This document shows, piece after piece, positions 19,400 through 27,866 of a stretch of 64,000 nt of DNA. Below the pieces are notes generated by a model. It saw only the letters and a program-made list of their open reading frames with translations, had not been told where the DNA came from and made no database searches. Each line of letters begins with the position of its first letter. Positions within the stretch are counted from its first letter, which is position 1. Both the position numbers and the translations under genes were made by a program. The DNA is taken from NCBI GenBank assembly GCA_043826355.1, contig JBDRQI010000005.1, positions 32,001-96,000 on the forward strand, read 5' to 3'. This DNA comes from Candidatus Omnitrophota bacterium. Its GTDB lineage: Bacteria; Ratteibacteria; UBA8468; MWAK01.

Positions 19400-21339
19400 A
19401 GTATTAAATTTAACAATATCCCGGTCAAAAAAGCAACGGACAGGGTCAGAACCAATATTTTTGCCGTATCTTTTATCCCCATCTCTTTTAACAGAACGAA
19501 AAAGGTGGCCAGGCAGGGCAGGTACAAGACCAGAAAGGTGCTGGCCACGACCAGCTGTTTGGCGGAAAGGTTAAACGGCACCAGCAGCGCGATGGATATA
19601 TCTTTTCTCAAAAAGCCCAGAAGCATGACCGAAGAGATTTCACCGGGCAGACCCAGCATCTTGACGATAACTGGTTCGAATGGCTTTGAAATAAATTCGA
19701 TGATGCCGGCTATATCCAGGATATTCACGAAAAGGACGCCCAGCATAATCAGGGGAATCGCTTCAAAGATAAAACTTTTTACCCTCATCCAGAGTTTTTT
19801 CAGCAGCGGCAATATCCTCGGCATCTGATAGGCGGGGATTTCAACGAACAATTCGGGGGCCTCACCTTTCAACAACTTGTTAAGAACGGAACCGCTGATT
19901 ACGGCTACAGCCAAAAGCGTCCCGAAAACGATGGCCAGATATCTCAAACCGTATTTTCCCAGGATACTCAAAATCATCGCGCTTTGCGGCATGCAGGGGG
20001 CAATCATTATAATCAGCGTCAGCGCAATGACCTTCTCCCGGCGCGTCTCCAGAATTCTGGCAGAGAGCATCGCAGGAACCTTGCAGCCCAAACCCAGGAT
20101 TAACGGGATGGCGCCGTAACCGTGCAGGCCGAATTTATGCAGAATGTTGTCAAGCAAAACGGCCAGGCGGGGCAAATACCCTAAATCCTCCAGAAAACCC
20201 AGGACAAAATAAAAAGATAATATGTAAGGAAGCACGACGACAAAGGGAATGTAGATGCCGGTGGTAAGAACGCCGAAAGATTCCATAACACCATGGGTAG
20301 TCCCCAAAAATAAGTTCTGCAAAACACCCGGAGGAAGAAGAAATTTTACTGCGTCAGTAACCGCCGGATGATATACCCTGTTAAAGAACGGGTCAAGGAT
20401 ACGGGTTATCAGGCCTTCGCCCACAAACCTTATGACATAAAAAGTAAGCGCCAGAACGATAAAAGCGATGGGAAAACCCGTCAAAGGCCTGATGCAGGCA
20501 TCGGCCAGTTTCTCCAGGAAGGAAGGATGCTTGTGCACGGTCTTCTGGACATGGCCGCTGATTTCACCTATTAATTTCCATTTTTCGTCGTTCCCCGCCG
20601 GAATTTGCCGGGACGGGGCGCGCCGGGTGGAGATGGTTTCTTTAAACGCCTTTAAAAAATCTTTAATGCCTTCGCCGGTAACAGCCACAAAAGGAATTGT
20701 CTCTACCCCCACCCTCCGGGACAACCCCTCAAGGTCAATGCTGATGCCCTTCCATTTCGCCATATCCCACTTATTAAGCAGGATAATCGTGGGTATGCCT
20801 TTTTCCAATATTTGCAGCGAGAGATAAAGGTTTCTTTCCAGGTTGGTTGCGTCAACCACGTTTACGACCAGGTCCGGCTTTTCCCGCAACAACATTTCGG
20901 ATGCCACTTCTTCCGCTTTATTGGTGGGTTCAAGGGTATACGCGCCGGGAACGTCGATAATCTTAATCCGCTCCTTCTCCACCCAGGCGGTGCCGGATGT
21001 ATACTCAACGGTTGTTCCCGGATAATTTGAACAGATGGCATCCAGCCCGGTCAACCTGGAAAAGACCGCGCTCTTGCCCACGTTGGGGTTGCCCATCAAA
21101 AGAACTTTTATCTTTCTTACCTCCACCATTATCTTTTTGGCCATCCCGTATCCGACGGCGGACTTGGAACCGTCTATTTCCAGCACCACCGGCCCGCCGC
21201 GGCTTGGTTCGTTTACCCTGCGAACCGTTTTACCAACCCGGATTCCCAAACTCTCCAGTTTCCGCCTTAAACCATGGCCGCCCTGCAGTTCTTTGATTAT
21301 GCCCTGCTCGCCCGATTTTAATTCACTCAATGTAAGCAT
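19396..21339 (-). CDS. feoB: FeoA-FeoB fusion ferrous iron transporter
   Basis: N-terminal FeoA (LESLGIRVG, GPV); GNPNVGKS, NYPGTTVE, NKWD; LEDLGYLPR gate. Confidence 0.92.
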   Translation of the reverse strand: MLTLSELKSGEQGIIKELQGGHGLRRKLESLGIRVGKTVRRVNEPSRGGPVVLEIDGSKSAVGYGMAKKIMVEVRKIKVLLMGNPNVGKSAVFSRLTGLDAICSNYPGTTVEYTSGTAWVEKERIKIIDVPGAYTLEPTNKAEEVASEMLLREKPDLVVNVVDATNLERNLYLSLQILEKGIPTIILLNKWDMAKWKGISIDLEGLSRRVGVETIPFVAVTGEGIKDFLKAFKETISTRRAPSRQIPAGNDEKWKLIGEISGHVQKTVHKHPSFLEKLADACIRPLTGFPIAFIVLALTFYVIRFVGEGLITRILDPFFNRVYHPAVTDAVKFLLPPGVLQNLFLGTTHGVMESFGVLTTGIYIPFVVVLPYILSFYFVLGFLEDLGYLPRLAVLLDNILHKFGLHGYGAIPLILGLGCKVPAMLSARILETRREKVIALTLIIMIAPCMPQSAMILSILGKYGLRYLAIVFGTLLAVAVISGSVLNKLLKGEAPELFVEIPAYQMPRILPLLKKLWMRVKSFIFEAIPLIMLGVLFVNILDIAGIIEFISKPFEPVIVKMLGLPGEISSVMLLGFLRKDISIALLVPFNLSAKQLVVASTFLVLYLPCLATFFVLLKEMGIKDTAKILVLTLSVAFLTGILLNLIL

Positions 21340-21346
21340 GCAGATT

Positions 21347-22267
21347 TCAGGAGTTAACGCTGTGGTATTCGTTTTTCCCGATACGCCGATTTTTAATCAG
21401 ACCTTTTTTTGTCAAACCGCCCAGGACTTTAATTATCTCATTCGGGTTGCAACCGGTAACCAAAACGATGTCTTGTAGGGTCAACGGCCGGCGTTTAAGC
21501 GTCGCCAGAATGAGTTCTTCTTCGGCCTGAAAATGGGCCGGTTCCCGTCCGGCAAATTCCGCGATTATCTCGCAACCCGGCCCGATAATTTCAGCGGCTT
21601 TTTCCATCTCAGCCTGGACAAGGGGGAAGAATCCTTCTTCCGCCGGAGGCCGCACCACGGTATTCAACTGAATTTTGTCGATTTTTAAAGATTTAATTGT
21701 CTTTCGTATCTTCTCTAGTTCGGACTTTGAATCGTTAACACCTTTCACCAGCATTATTTCCAGCCATATCTTGCCCGGATACTCCCGGCTGAATTTACGC
21801 AGACCTTCAATCATAATCTTCGATTTCAAATCCGGGTGGGGCCGGTTGACAGCTTGAAAAATTTTCTCGGAAACCGCGTCCAGGGAAGGAACCACAACAT
21901 CCGCCTCCATTAAATCCTGCCGCACTTCTTTTTGGCAAAGTAGAGAACCGTTGGTCAGGACCGCAATGGGAATCCGGGTAATCTTCTTTAAACCACAAAT
22001 CATCTTACCCAGTTCGGAATTGAGGGTCGGCTCACCGGAACCGGAGAAGGTAAGGAAATCTACGCGGGGATTCTTCTTAAGGAGTTCGGTAACTTCGGCA
22101 ATTATCGTTTCCGCCGGCACATATGGTTTTCGCTCCAGGGTCAATTCCGGCGTCGGCCCCAACTGGCAATAAACGCAGTTGAGCGTACAGGTTTTGGCCG
22201 GAATAACGTCGATCCCCAGCGAAAAACCTAAGCGTCGTGAAGGCACCGGCCCGAAAAGATGCTCCAT
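21347..22267 (-). CDS. Radical SAM Fe-S oxidoreductase with C-terminal wHTH
   Basis: FGPVPSRRLGFSLG, CTLNCVYC, GSGEPTL. Confidence 0.9.
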   Translation of the reverse strand: MEHLFGPVPSRRLGFSLGIDVIPAKTCTLNCVYCQLGPTPELTLERKPYVPAETIIAEVTELLKKNPRVDFLTFSGSGEPTLNSELGKMICGLKKITRIPIAVLTNGSLLCQKEVRQDLMEADVVVPSLDAVSEKIFQAVNRPHPDLKSKIMIEGLRKFSREYPGKIWLEIMLVKGVNDSKSELEKIRKTIKSLKIDKIQLNTVVRPPAEEGFFPLVQAEMEKAAEIIGPGCEIIAEFAGREPAHFQAEEELILATLKRRPLTLQDIVLVTGCNPNEIIKVLGGLTKKGLIKNRRIGKNEYHSVNS

Positions 22268-22275
22268 ACCTTTTT

Positions 22276-22305
22276 ATCATAACCGAAAGCAAGGGAAATC
22301 GTCAA
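22276..22305 (-). promoter_or_regulatory. Sigma70 promoter for the radical SAM-feoAB unit, nearly leaderless
   Basis: TTGACG, 18 bp, TATGAT, then 8 nt to ATG 22267. Confidence 0.55.
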
Positions 22306-22925
22306 TGAACCTTCTTTGCGCTAACTACAACAAATCCGCCTTTACCGAACCCTTTTCCGGGATTTTGAATTGAACCTATTTTTTCGGGTAAATTATATAT
22401 AGTTTGATAATATGAAAATCTGCCAAAGCCCGTCTTTTTCAACAAGTCAGTCAGTTCACCGACGCTGAAAAATTTTGCCTGTTTGTAAAATACGCTCTTT
22501 TTCTTCTGATAGAACCTGCCTAAAAAACTATCCCGGTCGACGATGCCGAGAATTATCCTGCCTTCTTTTTTTAAAACCCTCCTTGCCTCGATCAAAACTT
22601 TTAAAGTATTTCTGACAAAACAGATGGTAATTATAATTACGGCATAATCAAAAACAGAATCTTCAAACGGCAGTCTTTCCCCATAACTCAGATGCGCGTC
22701 TATGCCTCTTTTACGGGCGATTCCAAGCATATTTTCCGAAGGGTCAACTCCATACCTTATCCCCAGAGCAGACGCAAATCTCCCTGTACCCACGCCGATT
22801 TCCAATCCTTTGCCTTTTTTCGGTAAAACCTTTTTTATGGCTTTCAGTTCCGAAAGATAGGCAAATGTATTCCGCTCATACCAGGCATCATACTTTTTGT
22901 AATATCGGTCAAATATGCCTTCCAT
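22302..22925 (-). CDS. Class I SAM-dependent methyltransferase
   Basis: LEIGVGTGRF, GVDPS, LPFEDSVFD. Confidence 0.9.
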   Translation of the reverse strand: MEGIFDRYYKKYDAWYERNTFAYLSELKAIKKVLPKKGKGLEIGVGTGRFASALGIRYGVDPSENMLGIARKRGIDAHLSYGERLPFEDSVFDYAVIIITICFVRNTLKVLIEARRVLKKEGRIILGIVDRDSFLGRFYQKKKSVFYKQAKFFSVGELTDLLKKTGFGRFSYYQTIYNLPEKIGSIQNPGKGFGKGGFVVVSAKKVH

Positions 22926-22949
22926 ATCCGTGTTTGCTTGAAGCGCCCG

Positions 22950-24221
22950 TCACGAATTCACCGATTGAGACTCATCAAGCGAATGTGTCGGCGCAATAAT
23001 CTGTTCAAGTTTATTGTCGCGATATTTCTCAATCACCTCTTTTACCGTTGAGTCTTCGTCTATCTTATAAATGTCCACAAAATTATCTTTCAGCATATAG
23101 AAAGACAATTCTCCGATGCGGGATGTAAAGAGCAAATCCAGTTTATATTTAACGACGGTCTTGATAACTTTAATCCCTATGTGTTTAGTTTCTTTAAGAA
23201 ACTCATTATAGTAAAAATCTTCTATCTCCGGCTCGTCATTTTTGAGCCTTAAAATAAGGTAATAAGGCGCCCGGCCAAAATGTCCGTAAACTTTTGAATT
23301 TAAACCATCAATATTTTTTACCGGAATAACGGCTGAAACAGCTTTTTCTTTTGACGGTTCAACGTGAATGAAAACCGATTCTATGTGTTCGTAATTTTTT
23401 ACTATAAAATCTTCCGTTTTATCCGCTAATTCATGCGCCCGGTATAAAGGCAAAGCGGGAGAAGTTTTTATTTTGCACTCAACCATCTTAAAAGGGCCTG
23501 CCTGTCGAATCTTTACCTCGCTTACGCCTTTCACTCCATATATTTCATTTACCTTTTTTTCAATTTCGTTTTGTAACTCCGGGTCAAGATTCGCATCCAT
23601 TAAAACCAAAAATGCTGTCCGCGCATTCGTTAAACCCAGTTTAAAGATAAGGATTGAAATCAATATGATAACAAAGCCTTCAACGTAGGGAATCTTCGCG
23701 TAAACCAATACTATGCCTAAAAGAACTACTATTGATGTATAAATATCCAAAAACGATTCGGAAGCATTGGCCAGAAGAGACTGCGAACCTATTGCCCGAC
23801 CAACCGCTTTCTCTTTTTTTGCGATAAAATAGGCGGCGATGATGGAAATTATACTTGCGCCAACCGGAAAAATTGAAATTTCCCGAATAGAAAGAGGACG
23901 AAAAAATCTTTGGTACCCGTCTTTGAAAATCTGGATTCCCGCCCAAACAATTAAAATACCGATGATAAGGCTTCCCAACGTCTCCGCTTTATACAATCCG
24001 TAAGGAAATGTCTTGCTTTTTTTCTTGGAAGCAAGCCACAGGCCGAATCCGGAAGCAAAAATAGCCAAAACGTCGGCTCCGCTGTGGAAAGCATCGGCTA
24101 TCAATATCTTTAAATCAAATAAATACCCCACCGCCGCTTTTATCAGAGCCAAAAAAATTGTCGCAAAAGTCGCAATGAAGGCTATTTTCTGTCCTTGTTT
24201 TAAACCTTCCGTTCTCTCCAT
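22950..24221 (-). CDS. Cation diffusion facilitator fused to a NifB/NifX (COG1433) domain
   Basis: ADAFHSGAD, FPYGLYKAE, IHVEP; C-terminal GHFGRAPYY. Confidence 0.88.
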   Translation of the reverse strand: MERTEGLKQGQKIAFIATFATIFLALIKAAVGYLFDLKILIADAFHSGADVLAIFASGFGLWLASKKKSKTFPYGLYKAETLGSLIIGILIVWAGIQIFKDGYQRFFRPLSIREISIFPVGASIISIIAAYFIAKKEKAVGRAIGSQSLLANASESFLDIYTSIVVLLGIVLVYAKIPYVEGFVIILISILIFKLGLTNARTAFLVLMDANLDPELQNEIEKKVNEIYGVKGVSEVKIRQAGPFKMVECKIKTSPALPLYRAHELADKTEDFIVKNYEHIESVFIHVEPSKEKAVSAVIPVKNIDGLNSKVYGHFGRAPYYLILRLKNDEPEIEDFYYNEFLKETKHIGIKVIKTVVKYKLDLLFTSRIGELSFYMLKDNFVDIYKIDEDSTVKEVIEKYRDNKLEQIIAPTHSLDESQSVNS

Positions 24222-24230
24222 AGCAAAAAC

Positions 24231-24449
24231 CTATTCCTCATGGAAAAATTGGCGGGCCATAATGGAACCGCACCGCGGACATCTTGTCTGGAAACAAGGC
24301 AACCCGGAACTGCGCGGCATAATCAAACCGCATTTAGGACAAACGCAAACGGGCACGGGTCCCCGGGAACCAAAAACCCCCGGCCATCTTCCGTGAAATC
24401 CCCTCCCCCTACCGCCTCTACCCCTACCTTTTCCGAAACCAAACGGCAT
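24231..24449 (-). CDS. Small Gly/Arg-rich zinc-ribbon protein
   Basis: GRGRGGRGRG then CVCPKCG...PC...CPRCG; AGGAG SD. Confidence 0.75.
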   Translation of the reverse strand: MPFGFGKGRGRGGRGRGFHGRWPGVFGSRGPVPVCVCPKCGLIMPRSSGLPCFQTRCPRCGSIMARQFFHEE

Positions 24450-24535
24450 TTTTTCTCCTTTTCAGCTAAAAAATTTTTACAATTTGTGATGTAAGTTTTG
24501 CCAGTTTTTTTTTATCGATTCGGAATTTTTTCGTT

Positions 24536-26380
24536 TCACTTTTCTAAGATTTTCCGCACCTTTCCCCAGATCTTCTTTATGCTGTCGGTTAAGGCCGTAT
24601 TTGTATATTCAACCACCGAAAGTTTCCGCATCTGCGCTTCCGTAACCTCTTTTCCGTACGGTATCACCCCCAGAAATTCCGAACCGTGTTTCCCCGAAAG
24701 TTCCCTTATCTTTTCGGTCATTTCTTCATTCAAATCATACTTGTTTACGACTATGCCCGACTTGACCCCAAAATGCTTGATTACCTGCAATATCCTTTCC
24801 AAATCGTGCACGCCGGACACCGTGGGCTCGGTAATTGCCAGGGCGTAATCGGCTCCCGTAATGGAAGATATTACCGGACAGCCCGTGCCGGGGGCTCCGT
24901 CCATTACGGCCCTGTTTCTCTTATTCCGCTCGGCAAGCAGGGCGGCTTTATCCCTGACCAGAGTAACCAACCTGCCGGAGTTTTCCTCGGCCACTCCTAA
25001 TTTAGCGTGGCTCATCGGGCCAAACCGGGTATCGGACATAAACCATTCGCCGTTAACGGCCGGCCTGGTCTTTACGGCGCCATACTCACACACCAATTCG
25101 CACACCCCGCATCCTTCGCAAGCCAGTTTATCAATTATATATCTTTTTTTATTCTTCTCCCGGAATTCATTAATGGCAAAAAATCTGCAGGCTTCTTTAC
25201 ATTTTCCGCATTGGACACACGCCTTCTGGTCTATTTCCGCCTCTACCCCCCCACTAAAAAAACTTTTCTCTTTTATTCGGGGCGATAAGACCAGATGCAA
25301 GTCCGCCGCGCCGACATCGCAATCGGAAATCACGCTATTTTTTGCCAAAGCGGCGAAAGACGCCGTCAAAGAAGTTTTTCCGGTTCCGCCTTTTCCGCTG
25401 ATAACCACTAATTCCCTGGGCTTTTTAGCTCCGGAAACGCCGTACTTCCTGACTTCTTCAGGAATTTTTTTACCGGATAATCTATCCTTTTTCACTAACT
25501 TCGGTATTTTTTTCTCACCTTGGGCCAAAATTAATATTTTATCACCCAGGGTTTCAAACATTTTTTTTATTTCGGGAAACTTCTCTACCGCCATTTCACC
25601 CCGGGAATAACTTTCGGCTATCCGCCGTTGGTCGGGAATTTCTCCGATTATATCCAGTTCTTCCTTTAAACAATATTCCTTTAAAGCCGCATCTTTATAT
25701 TCGGCCCGATTGACTATTATTACCGGTTCCTGTCCTACTTCCCTGGCCATATCTACGGAAAGTTTCAGGTCGTTTATACCAAAAGGAGTGGGGTCGGTAA
25801 CCAGAATGCATACATCAACGTCTTTAACCGTTTCCACCACCGGACAACTTGTCCCGGGCGCCGAATCCAAAATATTAATTCCTTCTCCGATACATTCTTT
25901 TACTCTTTTTACCAACCGGGGCGACATACCCCCCTCTGCCGTTTCCAGCAACGCGTAATAGACCTTTATCTTATCGCTTACACCCTCCTTCATAACGCCT
26001 ATTTTTCTTTTCTTTTCAATAATCGCATCCACCGGACAGACAATCTTGCATGCGCCGCAGACATGGCATAACTCGTTGAATATGAGTACCTGTTTGTTAA
26101 CCACCGCTATCGCATTATATTTGCAGACCTGTGCGCATTTACCGCATAAGATGCATTTTTTTTTATCCGCCTCCGCCGGGGCGATTAAATTAATATCTTC
26201 TTCCTTGTTGATGACGGGCTTAAGAAACAGGTGCCCGTTAGGTTCTTCCACATCGCAGTCCAGATAGCGAATCCGGCTGTACTTTTCAGCCAATACCTTT
26301 GCCAGATTTGTTGCGATAAAAGTTTTGCCTGTTCCGCCTTTGCCGCTGGAAATAGCAATTTTTATGTTAATTTTTTTCAT
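24536..26380 (-). CDS. Tandem fusion of two MinD-like P-loop ATPase/2x[4Fe-4S] (COG1149) units
   Basis: Two SGKGGTGKT motifs, two DCDV, four CxxCxxCxxxC, two PGTxCPV. Confidence 0.88.
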   Translation of the reverse strand: MKKINIKIAISSGKGGTGKTFIATNLAKVLAEKYSRIRYLDCDVEEPNGHLFLKPVINKEEDINLIAPAEADKKKCILCGKCAQVCKYNAIAVVNKQVLIFNELCHVCGACKIVCPVDAIIEKKRKIGVMKEGVSDKIKVYYALLETAEGGMSPRLVKRVKECIGEGINILDSAPGTSCPVVETVKDVDVCILVTDPTPFGINDLKLSVDMAREVGQEPVIIVNRAEYKDAALKEYCLKEELDIIGEIPDQRRIAESYSRGEMAVEKFPEIKKMFETLGDKILILAQGEKKIPKLVKKDRLSGKKIPEEVRKYGVSGAKKPRELVVISGKGGTGKTSLTASFAALAKNSVISDCDVGAADLHLVLSPRIKEKSFFSGGVEAEIDQKACVQCGKCKEACRFFAINEFREKNKKRYIIDKLACEGCGVCELVCEYGAVKTRPAVNGEWFMSDTRFGPMSHAKLGVAEENSGRLVTLVRDKAALLAERNKRNRAVMDGAPGTGCPVISSITGADYALAITEPTVSGVHDLERILQVIKHFGVKSGIVVNKYDLNEEMTEKIRELSGKHGSEFLGVIPYGKEVTEAQMRKLSVVEYTNTALTDSIKKIWGKVRKILEK

Positions 26381-26708
26381 ATTTACCGTATTTCTCGCAA
26401 TTTTTTATCTGGGAAACCGTCCTTTTCGATTCCTGCCTCCTGTTTTGCCACGGCCAAAATCTCCTCTCCTTCCAAAAGAATTTCTGCCTGTAAAAAAGGG
26501 GGGTGGGGTTTTTAGAAAAATTCAGGTCGTTTTTTGACGGACTAAAATTAATTGCTCTCGCAGGACAAACATTGACACACCTACCGCACTCGGTGCATTT
26601 ATTAGTACTAATATGAGCAATATCTTTAATTAGAGTTATTGCTTGCGCCGGACAAACATTTATGCAAGCGCCACAACCTCTACATTTAGTAATGTTAACG
26701 CACACCAT
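26367..26708 (-). CDS. 2x[4Fe-4S] ferredoxin, C-terminus probably frameshifted
   Basis: CRGCGACINVCP and CTECGRCVNVCP; an alternative frame gives a Gly/Arg-rich tail ending at 26405. Confidence 0.8.
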   Translation of the reverse strand: MVCVNITKCRGCGACINVCPAQAITLIKDIAHISTNKCTECGRCVNVCPARAINFSPSKNDLNFSKNPTPLFYRQKFFWKERRFWPWQNRRQESKRTVSQIKNCEKYGKYEKN

Positions 26709-27263
26709 TTAATGCCTCCTGAAATTTAATACATAGCCCTCGTTGTAACTTTTATCGTGCAGAAGAATCCTTAGAACCTTTTTCTCAAGAATAAAACCGG
26801 CTTTTTCTATTTCCTCCACCACGCCGTCCAGATTAACATCAGTCAACTCCATTGCAGGGTGGTCTTCTTTGTGATGTCTTGAGTAAACGGAAAGAAAACC
26901 CTCTTTTTTTAAAACCCGGCGAATCTCATTATAAATGACAGTTCTTCTCTTTCTGTTCTGGTAGTGGATAACGTCATAACATAAAACCGCATCCAAGAAA
27001 TCATCTTTTAAAGGAATTTTTGAGTCCTTTTTTATTAACTCAATGTTTTTTATATTACCCTTTTTCACTCTTTCTTTTAATCTATCCAGAGCATCCTTGT
27101 CCCTGTCCAGAGCGTATACTTTAGCCGCTATTTTTGAGGCGGGAATTGTGTAGTGCCCCTCGCCTGAACCAAAATCCAGGATAGTTCGGCCTTTTTTAAT
27201 TCCGATTTCTTCTAAAAATTTTTCACCGTCCTGTTCCATCCATTTTTTAACATAATTTTCCAT
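26709..27263 (-). CDS. Class I SAM-dependent methyltransferase
   Basis: ILDFGSGEG, VYALD, RRVLKKEG. Confidence 0.88.
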   Translation of the reverse strand: MENYVKKWMEQDGEKFLEEIGIKKGRTILDFGSGEGHYTIPASKIAAKVYALDRDKDALDRLKERVKKGNIKNIELIKKDSKIPLKDDFLDAVLCYDVIHYQNRKRRTVIYNEIRRVLKKEGFLSVYSRHHKEDHPAMELTDVNLDGVVEEIEKAGFILEKKVLRILLHDKSYNEGYVLNFRRH

Positions 27264-27305
27264 CTTAACGTTTACTCTTCATTGCGCCGGTTTAAAAATC
27301 AACGT

Positions 27306-27554
27306 TTATTTGCTGTATAATTCTTCGAAAACGCTTTCGGCGGCTAACGCTATCGGTTCTCTGCCGGGGTCAGGGGACAATTCCGGCTGACCGGCGCATC
27401 TCAAAATAGATTCTTGTTTCGCTGCAATCACTTTCTCATTAGGTTCCCGAATTATGGTTACTTCAAAAAAAGGTTTCAGTTTTTTTACCGCGAGAGCGGC
27501 TAACGCGCCGCATCCGGAACATCCTATTGCAACAACTCTTTTTTTTCCATCCAT
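27306..27554 (-). pseudogene. Internally deleted FAD-dependent pyridine nucleotide-disulfide oxidoreductase remnant
   Basis: N-terminal VVAIGCSGCGALAA Rossmann start joined to a C-terminal PELSPDPGREPIALAA segment. Confidence 0.6.
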
Positions 27555-27599
27555 CTTTCTCCTGCAGGTGCACCTCGTTTTATAAAGCGTTTGCCCGCT

Positions 27600-27818
27600 T
27601 CAAAAATTCGTCGGGCAACTTCCGGTTGGACAAGTCGGACAAGAAGAATCTGAATTCTTGTTGCCGGAAGAAACGTTAATTCCAAAAGAAGCGAAACCCT
27701 TTTCAATATTCTTGCTTCCGCATTTCTGACACTTCAATTTTACCGTTTCAGAAGATACGCCTACCAGCAGGTCAAACCTATAACCACAATCTTTACAAAC
27801 ATAAACATAAACAGGCAT
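27600..27818 (-). CDS. FmdB-family zinc-ribbon protein
   Basis: MPVYVYVCKDCG...CQKCGS...CPTCPTGSC; AGGAGG SD. Confidence 0.85.
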   Translation of the reverse strand: MPVYVYVCKDCGYRFDLLVGVSSETVKLKCQKCGSKNIEKGFASFGINVSSGNKNSDSSCPTCPTGSCPTNF

Positions 27819-27866
27819 TGTTTGTCGCCTCCTTTCAAGCAATGCTTCCTTTTTTCACTCTTGCTT

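Noticed and set aside
27555..27602. TGA readthrough (selenocysteine) fusing FmdB to the next ORF, which is in frame
   Set aside because: The TGA follows the natural end of FmdB, no clear SECIS-like hairpin follows, and the next ORF has its own SD
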